NCBI GenBank assembly: GCA_018303115.1
Contig: JAGVYT010000001.1
Coordinates: 10,279 to 74,278 of the forward strand
DNA from: Candidatus Woesearchaeota archaeon
Lineage (GTDB): Archaea; Nanobdellota; Nanobdellia; Woesearchaeales; UBA10216
Length of the DNA: 64,000 nt
Reading direction: 5' to 3'
Under the pieces are notes generated by a model. It was given only the letters and a program-made list of their open reading frames with translations, searched no databases and had not been told where the DNA came from. Both the position numbers and the translations under genes were made by a program. The number at the start of each line of letters is the position of its first letter. The first letter of the stretch is position 1. This document shows, piece by piece, positions 36,545 through 45,207 of this stretch.

Positions 36545-37342
36545 ATGAGAGAGTCTGCGTATGGAAGGCAGGTTGTCTTCTACTGGGAAGGCCTGAAAGG
36601 AATTGATGATGTAGTAATAACGCCAGTGGCTTCGACACTGACACATACAGGTGAAGAACAAAAAGAGATAGATGCAAAAGCAAAAGAGCTTCAGGAAGAC
36701 CCTTTTAGGTTTAACGGTTATTTGTGGAGATTTGAAGGCGTAAACGAAACAGGCAGGAAACTCATGCTAAAGGTAAGCCCGATAAGGTATGCAGAACACG
36801 ATGCGTTAAGAAGGAAGAAACTGGCAATGAAAGACTATCCAAATCCGCTTGGAGTAACTGTTGGCCAGGAAACAGCTGACGGATACTTCCCGTTAGGGGT
36901 GCAAGGAACAGGCGATAACAGGGAACTGGTCTTATTGGGCTCCGGGTTTATAGAAAGGACAAAGGATGGAACCAGTTTAGAGGCTGCAGTAAGAAGGGAA
37001 TGCTTCTCAGAAGAAACAAGCTATGGCGGCAACAAATTTTATGACGCACCTGAATTCCTTGAAAACACTGCACAGGTGGTGGCTATAACTTTTGGCTCAA
37101 GAAAGGACACCGGAGTGGTTATGCGCCTACCACTACCTGTAACGAGTAGGGAAGTAGGATTAGGCGATGAAGAACATTCAGACCTGCTTTTCTTACCTAA
37201 TAGTCCTGCCATAGTCACGGAAGTTATGGGAAATGGAAGTTATAAAAGTATTCCTGCCACAGACCAGTTAATAGGCTTTCTAGAAAGGTATTCTAGCCTG
37301 AAAGAAACTGGAAGATTAGTAAGTGCTTATCAGCATCAATAA
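36545..37342 (+). CDS. hypothetical protein
   Basis: Start set at ATG directly after the upstream stop. No recognisable motifs. Confidence 0.4.
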   Translation: MRESAYGRQVVFYWEGLKGIDDVVITPVASTLTHTGEEQKEIDAKAKELQEDPFRFNGYLWRFEGVNETGRKLMLKVSPIRYAEHDALRRKKLAMKDYPNPLGVTVGQETADGYFPLGVQGTGDNRELVLLGSGFIERTKDGTSLEAAVRRECFSEETSYGGNKFYDAPEFLENTAQVVAITFGSRKDTGVVMRLPLPVTSREVGLGDEEHSDLLFLPNSPAIVTEVMGNGSYKSIPATDQLIGFLERYSSLKETGRLVSAYQHQ

Positions 37343-37379
37343 CAGTTAATTTTATAAATCAGCCGAGAATCCTGTGTCC

Positions 37380-37498
37380 TGATGAACGGCCATGGCCGCC
37401 CGGGTACACCCGATCCCATTTCGAACTCGGAAGTTAAGCGGGCGCACGTTCCTAAGTGTACTGCACATCGTGTGGGAAATTAGGATCGCTGTTCATCA
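37380..37498 (+). rRNA. rrf: 5S ribosomal RNA
   Basis: Terminal helix TGATGAAC.../...GTTCATCA. Internal CCCGATCCCATTTCGAACTCGGAAGTTAAGC matches the universal 5S loop B/helix III core. ~119 nt. Not adjacent to 16S/23S in this window. Confidence 0.8.
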
Positions 37499-37520
37499 CT
37501 TATTTTCTAAAGAAACACAA

Positions 37521-38519
37521 TCACTTGACAGCGTGGAATGCTGTCATGCCAGCATAAACCATGCCCTCGTCAAAGCGGGCTTCCAGGCCAGCACGAATCT
37601 CAGACGACAGCTGAGGTTCGGATTCCTTTAGTTCCCTGTAAGAATCGGGGTGAAGCTGCCTAACCCAGGAAAACAAATCAGCGAGATAAAAATCTGCTGT
37701 ACTTACTGCCTCTGCAAAGCCAAATTCTCTTTTGAAATGAACCGGCGAAACGACTGAAAAGCCTGCATGGTTAAGGCCGGAGATAACAAGGCGCTCTATG
37801 GCTGAAGAGGGTATCGGCTCCTTCCTTACTTTATCCAGTGAGGGGAGGTTAAATACCCTTCCAAAGGCCTGGGCTATCGGGTATATGCAGTCGTCCTCCT
37901 CAGGGAGCCAGTCACCGCCTAACGTAAGCGGAAGGTCAAAAAGGAACTCGCCACCGGGCTTTAAAACAGCATGGACGCTATTAAAAACAGAAGGCTGGTC
38001 TTGCAGGCGCACATAGCGCATCCCGGACTTCATAAAAACAAGGTCTGCAGGCGGAAGCTGCAAACTTTGTAAATCCTCCACACGCGCTTCAAGGTATTCA
38101 ATGCGGGTTTTACCGCCAACCTCTGCCAGATGCCCCTTTGCCACTTCAAGTGCTTCGGGAGCGCTATCTATGAGGATTAACCTCTCGGGCCTCAGAAAAT
38201 TCAAAACAACAGCTGAAGAATAGCCTGGCCCGCTGCACAAATCAACAGCAACTTCAGGTTGCTTGTTTTTGAGCAGGTAATAAAACAGTCCGAGCATCTG
38301 GGAAGTTCTTCCCAATTCCTTGCTGCGCTTCAGAAAATCTGCAAAGTACTCCCGCATATCAATAAAAGGCCTGACAGTGGAATAATGACTTGCAGCAGCG
38401 TCGCTGCCGATAGCTCTCGTCTCGTCGTAAAACCTGAGCGCCTCCAGAACAGCAGCCTCAGCTGAAGGCGAAAGAATTATTTTTTCCTCTGGTTTCGTAA
38501 TTTGCGCCATAGCAAACAA
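37521..38519 (-). CDS. class I SAM-dependent methyltransferase (substrate unknown)
   Basis: VAVDLCSGPGYSS motif I, LILIDSAPEAL, DLVFMKSG, LKPGGEFLFD. Confidence 0.6.
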   Translation of the reverse strand: MFAMAQITKPEEKIILSPSAEAAVLEALRFYDETRAIGSDAAASHYSTVRPFIDMREYFADFLKRSKELGRTSQMLGLFYYLLKNKQPEVAVDLCSGPGYSSAVVLNFLRPERLILIDSAPEALEVAKGHLAEVGGKTRIEYLEARVEDLQSLQLPPADLVFMKSGMRYVRLQDQPSVFNSVHAVLKPGGEFLFDLPLTLGGDWLPEEDDCIYPIAQAFGRVFNLPSLDKVRKEPIPSSAIERLVISGLNHAGFSVVSPVHFKREFGFAEAVSTADFYLADLFSWVRQLHPDSYRELKESEPQLSSEIRAGLEARFDEGMVYAGMTAFHAVK

Positions 38520-38551
38520 GCAAACCTATAATCAAATAAAAAACTATGTAT

Positions 38552-38676
38552 CGGGTAAAGTCAAGTTAAATGTGTTTTGTCTGCCTACTGTTATTTTCCC
38601 TCTCCTTGCCTAGTCGAGGAGAGGAGAAAATAAGCAGTGGGCTGGGAAAGTAACACCGGTTAGTTGACTTTACCCG
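38552..38676 (+). repeat. hairpin family member d embedded in a 125-nt nested inverted repeat (outer 13-bp stem CGGGTAAAGTCAA/TTGACTTTACCCG)
   Basis: Inner hairpin TTATTTTCCCTCTCC-TTGCCTAGTCGA-GGAGAGGAGAAAATAA at 38591-38633. A TATA-like CTATAATCAAATAAAAAAC lies just upstream (~38524-38546), so the element may be transcribed as the leader of the gene at 38704. Confidence 0.6.
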
Positions 38677-38703
38677 CCTATCGCAAATGTTAAATATCAC
38701 CTA

Positions 38704-39249
38704 GTGCCTAAAACCGGTATGGCTTTTGTAAGGGTTAAAAGAATAAGCGGAGGGGAATACGCTTACCTTGTGGAGAACTCATGGACTGAAAAGGGGGCAA
38801 GGCAGAAAGTCGGGAAGTATTTGGGCAAGGTTCACAAGCCGGAGAAGGTGAAAAGTGAGGGTTTAGGGGCGTTTTTGGGCATTCCTGACGTTGGAAAGCA
38901 CGTGCGCAGCAGCGACTTTAAAAGGGTAGCAGCTGACCTGATAAGGCTTGAGCTGCACAACCACGACGTGAAAAGTGATGAAATAACTGCGGATTTTGAG
39001 GGTTTTAGCGTTAAAAACCGCAGCGGCAAGAATGTTGTGGTAGCGATGAACAACGGCTTCCTGTGCAGCCACACAATGAAAAGCCTAGCAGGGTATGATG
39101 CTGACAAGGACTATTCAGGCTATCTTCTGGCTGACCTGATAACAGCTGCCGGAATAGTCCCGGAACAGGACGTGTTCATAGAACTTTACGGCAAATTCAG
39201 GGCAAAGCATGAAGCTGCAGCAGCAAGGAAGTTTGAGTTTTACTACTGA
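38704..39249 (+). CDS. hypothetical protein
   Basis: 181-aa ORF preceded by the 125-nt nested inverted-repeat element d. No motifs recognised. Confidence 0.4.
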   Translation: MPKTGMAFVRVKRISGGEYAYLVENSWTEKGARQKVGKYLGKVHKPEKVKSEGLGAFLGIPDVGKHVRSSDFKRVAADLIRLELHNHDVKSDEITADFEGFSVKNRSGKNVVVAMNNGFLCSHTMKSLAGYDADKDYSGYLLADLITAAGIVPEQDVFIELYGKFRAKHEAAAARKFEFYY

Positions 39250-39294
39250 AGTTTTTGCAAAGATATTAAAGGGCAAATCAATTCTCGAATACAC

Positions 39295-39600
39295 ATGACA
39301 TGGAACTGGCTGAAGGGTTATGGTGGCTGGCTTTTGCCTCGCGCTTATACTCCTGAAACTGGAGATGCGGAGAGGCTGCTGGGCAGTTCAGGACGCCTCT
39401 TGCGAATGCAGCGAGAAACCGGGCTGGGGGATAGTGACTTTGAAGAGTATTTGGGGCATTTGGAAGCTCGCAGGGCTTTGGCAAATCAACTCGGAAAAAG
39501 CCCTGACTCAGAACTTGAAGCTAAGATAAGAGAAACAGACGAAAAGATTGACAGACTATTACGGTTTGGTGCTGCCATGCAGCCTTTTCCGCGCTATTAA
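39295..39600 (+). CDS. hypothetical small protein
   Basis: 101-aa ORF, Gly/Arg/Glu-rich. Weak. Confidence 0.25.
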   Translation: MTWNWLKGYGGWLLPRAYTPETGDAERLLGSSGRLLRMQRETGLGDSDFEEYLGHLEARRALANQLGKSPDSELEAKIRETDEKIDRLLRFGAAMQPFPRY

Positions 39601-40697
39601 AAATCCATTGTTATCTTCCCTGTTTTCTCGTCTACAAACTTGATTCTGCGGTTGTCTTTCTGAAGCTGTTTTACAGCCTCCCAGCCGCCTTGCTTTCTGG
39701 CTGCGTTCACTGCTTCCAGAAGCTGTTTTATTTCTTGGTAATTCTCGTAAATTAATTCGCCGCTGCGACGGTTTTTTTCAATAAGATTCTTTGAAGCAGC
39801 GATAGCTTCCTCCTGGTGCTGTATGACGGCTTTCAGGCGGGAAATTTCCGAGTCATAGCGGGAAGGCATCTCAGCGGCAGTTGCGGAGAAGAAATCTTCC
39901 AAGGCTTCGCTGTAGCTGTCGAAGCTCTTTTTTTCGTAATTTTCATAGTATTTGAGACTGATGGGAACAGCGTCAATCGCTGCCTTGTTTTCGTAAATTA
40001 CCAACGGAAAAGGCTTGCTGTTCAGGAGCTTTTTGAGCGACTGGAGGATTTTTTGGGCGCTAGCAGATGTAACTGTGGCAGGCGCTGTTTTTTTGTTGAG
40101 CCCTGAGAGAAGGCAAAGCTCCTCGGCATACAAACCGCCTAAGGATAATTCAAGGGCAAAAAACCTGACCAAGTCTGTTTTGTTAGTGGATTTCAGCATC
40201 TGCAACAGCTGTTCATCACTGAAAGCCCTTGGGTCTGCAACAGCAGGGGGAAGCTTGTAAGGCCTTCCTGCAGCCATCTCGCGGGTGCTCCAGGCCTGTT
40301 TTTCTGCTACTGCAAGTATTTTCCCCTCATGGACGAGAATGATGTTACCCTTGCTGAAAAGCTCCAAAAACAGGCTAAAAAGGCTGTTTTTTGAGGAAAA
40401 ATCGAGCTGCAGGATTCTCTCAAAACCCGGCTGGCTCAGTGCTTTCAGGGTGCTGTTATTGAGTTTTTTCCGCAATAGCGAACAAAAGCCGGCTGCAGCA
40501 GACTGCTCCTTCTCTGAAGCCACATAACAGGCGTATGGAACCCTCACTTTTAGCATTGCGCGGCCCTTGCCTGTCATGTAAAACTGCAGAATAAGCCCCT
40601 TTCTGCCCTGCTGGTATATCTGGCTAAGCCTCGCCTTTATAAGCTTCTGCAGCTCACTAGCCAAATAAAGTATTTCAACAGCTGAAAATTGCTTCAT
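39597..40697 (-). CDS. NFACT-family protein (FbpA/Rqc2/Tae2 homologue, ribosome quality control)
   Basis: N-terminal FSAVEILYLASELQKLIKARLSQIYQ...LILQF is the NFACT-N signature, followed by coiled coil and NFACT-R-like region. Confidence 0.65.
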   Translation of the reverse strand: MKQFSAVEILYLASELQKLIKARLSQIYQQGRKGLILQFYMTGKGRAMLKVRVPYACYVASEKEQSAAAGFCSLLRKKLNNSTLKALSQPGFERILQLDFSSKNSLFSLFLELFSKGNIILVHEGKILAVAEKQAWSTREMAAGRPYKLPPAVADPRAFSDEQLLQMLKSTNKTDLVRFFALELSLGGLYAEELCLLSGLNKKTAPATVTSASAQKILQSLKKLLNSKPFPLVIYENKAAIDAVPISLKYYENYEKKSFDSYSEALEDFFSATAAEMPSRYDSEISRLKAVIQHQEEAIAASKNLIEKNRRSGELIYENYQEIKQLLEAVNAARKQGGWEAVKQLQKDNRRIKFVDEKTGKITMDF

Positions 40698-40738
40698 AAA
40701 ACCTCACTTTTGACTCATAGGAAAGTATTTAAATAAGT

Positions 40739-41332
40739 TTGCCCTTAAAAAGCTGCATGTGGAATCCTTTACGGGTATTCTTTGAGCATGACTACCGCTG
40801 GAACGAGCTTGACAAAACCCTCACAGACGCCTTTGAAAAAGTGAAGGCTGAGCGAAGCCTTGTTTTTTCCTGGCTGAATTATTTCAGGAAAAAGGACAAT
40901 GAAAATGAAAAACTGCAGCAGAAGGTGCAATACGCCCTTGGAAAGCACGATGCGGAAATTGATGCAATAAAAAATGAGATAAAAGGGCTTAAAGAAGCGG
41001 TAAAATCAGCCAAAATCAGTCCGTTTCCGGACCAAATCCGGACTAAGTCCGGACTAGAAAGCGGACTAGTTTCCGGACCTAAATTCCAGGGCGGCTTTGT
41101 GAACAGGATTGTGGCAATGGTAAGGCCCCAAAGGAAGGAATTTGTAATGCAAAAGATACTTGACATGGTTGAAAAAGGGGCATATACGACAAAGCAAGTT
41201 GAGACGGTAATTGTTCGCGAAAAGGGCCTTTGCGGGAGAACCGCGTTCTACGATTACATGAAAGAGCTAAAATACCAGAACCTGGTAAGGACTGCGCAGA
41301 AAAAGGGGAGAAAAATACTGATTTCTGAATAA
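40739..41332 (+). CDS. hypothetical coiled-coil protein with C-terminal winged-helix-like domain; contains an in-frame CCGGAC tandem-repeat array
   Basis: N-terminal heptad-rich region. Linker encoded by repeat array 41018-41079. C-terminal RIVAMVRPQRKEF..ILDMVEKGAYTTKQVE resembles wHTH. Confidence 0.4.
   Translation: MPLKSCMWNPLRVFFEHDYRWNELDKTLTDAFEKVKAERSLVFSWLNYFRKKDNENEKLQQKVQYALGKHDAEIDAIKNEIKGLKEAVKSAKISPFPDQIRTKSGLESGLVSGPKFQGGFVNRIVAMVRPQRKEFVMQKILDMVEKGAYTTKQVETVIVREKGLCGRTAFYDYMKELKYQNLVRTAQKKGRKILISE
41018..41079. repeat. tandem ~11-nt iteron-like array containing palindromic TCCGGA/GTCCGGAC cores (5 units), inside the CDS
   Basis: agtccgtttccggac|caaatccggac|taagtccggac|tagaaagcggac|tagtttccggac, read directly. 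Confidence 0.7.
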
Positions 41333-41337
41333 TTTTC

Positions 41338-41392
41338 AAGTCCGTTTCCGGACTAGTTTCCGGACTAAGTCCGGACCGAACCCGGACTAAAG
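41338..41392. repeat. second copy of the CCGGAC iteron-like array, filling the convergent intergenic space
   Basis: aagtccgtttccggac|tagtttccggac|taagtccggac|cgaacccggac. Shares a 15-nt exact block and unit order with the copy at 41018. Confidence 0.7.
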
Positions 41393-41902
41393 CTTTTTGA
41401 TGCGGTTAGCAAGCTTTTTGATGTCTGTTTCCTTAACTTTTGTCGCATCAAATTTGATTATGCGATGAGCTTTTTCTGTTGTCTCAACCAAGATAACATC
41501 AAATATTTCAGCATCAAGGTTTTCCCTTACCTTGGCCCTGCCATAGCCCCTTTTGGTGAGCCTGCGCTTAAGCTCCGGGATACTGCAGCTCAGCACAACA
41601 CAGGCAGATACCGCCTTATTAGGGAGAAAGTGAGAAAGGTGGGAATCCACAATAAGGCCCTTTTTGCCCTTTTTGGCAGCCGAATCCCTCACTTTCAGGA
41701 CTGCACGAGTGAAAAGTGAGGGGTCTACTATGGCGGTTTTACGCCTTTTATCGTATTTCTCAGCCAAATTGGCTTTTTTTATGAGCGCTGAGCCGGATAA
41801 GTACGCATAATCCAGAAAAAGTGAGAGTCTTTTTGCTATTACAGACTTGCCTGTGCCTGGAGTTCCTGTTACAACTATCACTTTTAGGCTGTTTTTGGCC
41901 AT
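41387..41902 (-). CDS. Fap7/adenylate kinase isoenzyme 6-like nucleoside-triphosphatase
   Basis: P-loop VTGTPGTGKS, LIVDSHLSHF, and VLSCSIPELKRRLTKRGY...KVRENLDAEIF resemble AK6/Fap7. Confidence 0.6.
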   Translation of the reverse strand: MAKNSLKVIVVTGTPGTGKSVIAKRLSLFLDYAYLSGSALIKKANLAEKYDKRRKTAIVDPSLFTRAVLKVRDSAAKKGKKGLIVDSHLSHFLPNKAVSACVVLSCSIPELKRRLTKRGYGRAKVRENLDAEIFDVILVETTEKAHRIIKFDATKVKETDIKKLANRIKKL

Positions 41903-41908
41903 TTTGCC

Positions 41909-42313
41909 TTATTTTCCCACCAATTCCACGATTATACGCCGTTCCTGCCTTGGGCCGTCAAACTCGCAGAACATAATCGCCTGCCACTTACCAAGAACAA
42001 GGGCGCCATCTTTAAAAGTTAGCGTTTCACTAGGTCCTAGCATGGCTGATTTGATGTGGGCAGCTGCGTTGTTGTCAACCTTGTCATGCTTGTAATCAGC
42101 GTGTTTAGGCACCATGCGGGAAAGTGAGAGCAGAATGTCTTCGCATATGTTACGATCCCAGTTTTCATTCACAATTACGGCTGCTGTAGCGTGCGGTGTA
42201 TAGACTAAACACAGCCCTGCCTTCAATTTTGACTGCCTCACTATGCCGTTTACCCTGCCTGTGATGTCTATCATCTCCTCGCTCCTCGTGGTTGAAAGGC
42301 TGAATTCAGACAT
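41909..42313 (-). CDS. YjbQ/UPF0047-family protein (secondary thiamine-phosphate synthase-like)
   Basis: IDIT..V...G.C.VY.PHATAA..INEN.D......D, AAHIKSAMLG, LVLGKWQAI, EFDG match the UPF0047 pattern. Confidence 0.7.
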   Translation of the reverse strand: MSEFSLSTTRSEEMIDITGRVNGIVRQSKLKAGLCLVYTPHATAAVIVNENWDRNICEDILLSLSRMVPKHADYKHDKVDNNAAAHIKSAMLGPSETLTFKDGALVLGKWQAIMFCEFDGPRQERRIIVELVGK

Positions 42314-42366
42314 TTTGAGCGGGTAATACGATTAAATATTTATAATTAAGCAGAATCTTTGCTTTT

Positions 42367-42693
42367 ATGAGATTTTTCTTATTAATAATACTTGTAGTTT
42401 TACTTGTAGTTTTAGCAACAATTACAGCCGGTTGCAGGAGTGAAAATGGGGATGACACCCCTGATGTGAACTCGGAGGCTGAATGCAACAGCGATGGTGA
42501 CTGCGCAACTGCAGGGTGTTCGGGACAGCTTTGCGTTAAAGCCGAAGATGCAGCCGGTATAATAACAACGTGCGAATACAAGGAAGAATACCGCTGCCTT
42601 CAGCTCACAAGCTGCGGCTGCAATGATGGAAGCTGCGGATGGGCGCAAACAGACGAATACATATCATGCCTGAAAGATTATCAGAAAAAATAA
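42367..42693 (+). CDS. small secreted/lipobox-like cysteine-rich protein
   Basis: N-terminal hydrophobic helix ending ITAGC (lipobox-like), then 10 Cys in ~80 aa. Confidence 0.45.
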   Translation: MRFFLLIILVVLLVVLATITAGCRSENGDDTPDVNSEAECNSDGDCATAGCSGQLCVKAEDAAGIITTCEYKEEYRCLQLTSCGCNDGSCGWAQTDEYISCLKDYQKK

Positions 42694-42725
42694 ATAACAA
42701 AGGCTGCTAAAGGAACAGGAGTTCT

Positions 42726-43175
42726 ATGAACTGCGACATGTGTGGCAAGGAAGCAGAAATGTATAAGTCAATCATAGAAGGCACTGAGCTTACTGTGTGC
42801 ATCAACTGCAGCAAATACGGGAAGCTTATAGGGAAGGCAACGCCTGCTGAAGCATTCAGGGAAAAGATTCCTGTTCTTGAACGCCAGCCTGAAATGGCGG
42901 AAACGGTTGCAAGCAACTTTGGCGAACTCCTGAAAAGGAAAAGGGAGGGGCTCGGGCTGAAGCAGAAGGAGTTTGCAAAGAAGATAGCAGAGAAGGAATC
43001 AACACTCCATAAGCTTGAAACCGGAACCATTAAGCCTACGCTGGAAAGGGCGAGGAAACTGGAAAAAATGCTTGGCTTGAAGCTTGTTGAGGAGCTTAAA
43101 GAAGAGCCTGTTGAGCAGAAAAAGGACAGCTCTGTGATGACGCTTGGGGACGTGGTCAAAATAAAAAAAAGGTGA
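42726..43175 (+). CDS. mbf1: archaeal multiprotein bridging factor 1 (Zn-ribbon + HTH_XRE)
   Basis: N-terminal CDMCG...CINCS zinc ribbon, C-terminal LLKRKREGLGLKQKEFAKKIAEKESTLHKLETG HTH. Confidence 0.7.
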   Translation: MNCDMCGKEAEMYKSIIEGTELTVCINCSKYGKLIGKATPAEAFREKIPVLERQPEMAETVASNFGELLKRKREGLGLKQKEFAKKIAEKESTLHKLETGTIKPTLERARKLEKMLGLKLVEELKEEPVEQKKDSSVMTLGDVVKIKKR

Positions 43176-43209
43176 TTAATTTATTGGCATAGAAACTTCT
43201 TCTGCAATT

Positions 43210-43899
43210 ATGGATTATGGGGATTTAACAGTAATAATACCAACGCTGAATGAAGAAAGAAACATAAAGGAGCTAATTAAGATAATCCGTAATAGTTATA
43301 AGGGAATAAAAGTGGTTGTAGCTGACGACGGTTCAACTGACAATACTGCCGCAATTGTTAAAAAATTCGGCATGAGCGATAAAAATATAAAACTGCTTGA
43401 CAGGGGCAGAGAAAAGACGCATGGATTGACGGCAAGCGTCATAGATGCAGTGAAAAATACGAAAACAGGGCTTCTCATCGTCATAGACGGCGATTTGCAG
43501 CACCCGCCAGAAAAAATAGCAGAGATAACTGCAAAGCTAAGGGATGGAAATGATTTGGTCATAGGGACAAGGGAAAAGGTGGAGGGGGAATGGCCGCTGC
43601 AGCGCAGGCTGATGTCAGTTATTGCCACAAACATTGCAAGGCTAAGGCTTATGAAGGCTGTTAAGGACCCGATGTCAGGGTTTTTCGGGGTAAGGAGCGA
43701 GCTTTTCAAAAAGGCGCTGGCAGCCAAGGAAAAAAGGTTTGAGAAAAGGGGCTACAAGGTCATGTTTGACCTGCTCAAGTGCGCTCCAATGGCAAGAACG
43801 GCAAACGTTTACTACACTTTCGGGAAGCGCAGTGGGGGGGAGTCCAAGATAGGGGTAAAGCAGGTTATTTGCTTCCTTAAGTCAGTTGCAAAGCCATAG
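43210..43899 (+). CDS. GT2 glycosyltransferase, dolichyl-phosphate mannose/glucose synthase-like (soluble)
   Basis: TVIIPTLNEERNI, VVVADDGSTDNT, VIDGDLQHPPE. Confidence 0.7.
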   Translation: MDYGDLTVIIPTLNEERNIKELIKIIRNSYKGIKVVVADDGSTDNTAAIVKKFGMSDKNIKLLDRGREKTHGLTASVIDAVKNTKTGLLIVIDGDLQHPPEKIAEITAKLRDGNDLVIGTREKVEGEWPLQRRLMSVIATNIARLRLMKAVKDPMSGFFGVRSELFKKALAAKEKRFEKRGYKVMFDLLKCAPMARTANVYYTFGKRSGGESKIGVKQVICFLKSVAKP

Positions 43900-43968
43900 C
43901 GCCTGCCTGGCTGCATTAACAGAACTTTTAAAAACTAACTGTTTCACTGAATTGCTAGGTGCAAAGGC

Positions 43969-45207
43969 ATGTCTGGAAACCTGCTTACTTACGCGGCATT
44001 GTATTTCGGCCTATTCACAGCGCTTTTCTTCATGGTAACCTTTTTTGAAAACAGCGGCAGACTCAAAAACCCGGAGCCAAGGATGTTCCCAAAGGTTACG
44101 GTAGCCGTGGCTGTCTACAACGGCGAAGACCACATAAGCAAGACCGTTGAATCGCTTCTCAACATTGACTGGCCAAGGGAAAAGCTTGAGGTAATCATCG
44201 TGGATGACGGCAGCACGGACAACTCCTACACGGCTGCCAAAAAATACGCCAGTGACAAAAGAGTGGTGCTGCTGCAACAGGAAAACAGGGGGAAGAACAA
44301 GGCGGTCAATGTTGCGCTAAAGCTGGCGACAGGCGAGTTCTTCGGGGTCCTAGACGTTGACTCCTTCGTGGAAAGGGACTGCCTGCGAAAGATGATGGGC
44401 TACTTTGAAAACGAGCGCGTCATGGCAGTTACACCATCCCTTAAGGTTTACGGCGCAAAGACGTGGCTGCAGAAAATCCAGATGATGGAGTTCCTGCTGG
44501 GGGTTTACCTGAGGAAGGTGTTCTCCTTCCTGGGGGCAATTCACGTAACCCCGGGCTGCTTTTCAATCTACAGAAAGGCCTTCTTTGACCGGACAGGGCC
44601 TTACGATGAGGAAAACCTCACTGAGGACATAGAGGTTGCATGCAGGATACAGTGCAATGACTACGCCATAGAGAACGCAATAGACGCCAACGTTTATACG
44701 CAGGGGTTCAAAAAATTCGGGCTGCTGTATAACCAACGGCTCAGGTGGTATAAGGGCTTCATTGACAACGTGATAAGCTACAAGAGAATGCTGCACCCGA
44801 AGTTCGGCAATCTTGGAATGTTCGTCCTTCCATCGGCATTCCTTTCAGTTTTCCTCACCTCACTTTTGTCGGCATACATGCTGGTAAAACTCGGGCAGGG
44901 CCTCTGGAAACAGTTCACAGTCCTGAAGTATACCGGTTTCGACCTGACACAATACCTGCACTATGACTTTGACCTGTTCTATATTTCAAACTTCAACGCA
45001 ATCCTGATACTGAACCTGATAGCACTCGCCTGGAGCATAACGGCCGTATACCTCGCCAAGAAACACTCGGGGGAAAAGAGTTCCATAATCCTCCCATTTG
45101 TAATATTCATGTTCACGTATGTTTTCCTCTACCCATTCTGGTGGGCCGGCGCAGGGTACTGCCGATTAACTGGAAAAAAGATACGCTGGGGAAACAGATA
45201 CCTATGA
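43969..45207 (+). CDS. membrane-embedded processive GT2 synthase (cellulose/chitin/hyaluronan-synthase-like; QxxRW motif)
   Basis: N-terminal TM, VIIVDDGSTDNS, VLDVDSF, QRLRWYKG (Q-x-x-R-W), multiple C-terminal TM helices. Confidence 0.7.
   Translation: MSGNLLTYAALYFGLFTALFFMVTFFENSGRLKNPEPRMFPKVTVAVAVYNGEDHISKTVESLLNIDWPREKLEVIIVDDGSTDNSYTAAKKYASDKRVVLLQQENRGKNKAVNVALKLATGEFFGVLDVDSFVERDCLRKMMGYFENERVMAVTPSLKVYGAKTWLQKIQMMEFLLGVYLRKVFSFLGAIHVTPGCFSIYRKAFFDRTGPYDEENLTEDIEVACRIQCNDYAIENAIDANVYTQGFKKFGLLYNQRLRWYKGFIDNVISYKRMLHPKFGNLGMFVLPSAFLSVFLTSLLSAYMLVKLGQGLWKQFTVLKYTGFDLTQYLHYDFDLFYISNFNAILILNLIALAWSITAVYLAKKHSGEKSSIILPFVIFMFTYVFLYPFWWAGAGYCRLTGKKIRWGNRYL

Noticed and set aside
37392-37631. 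79-aa ORF in the six-frame track
   Set aside because: It lies on the 5S rRNA gene and is an artefact of translating a structural RNA.
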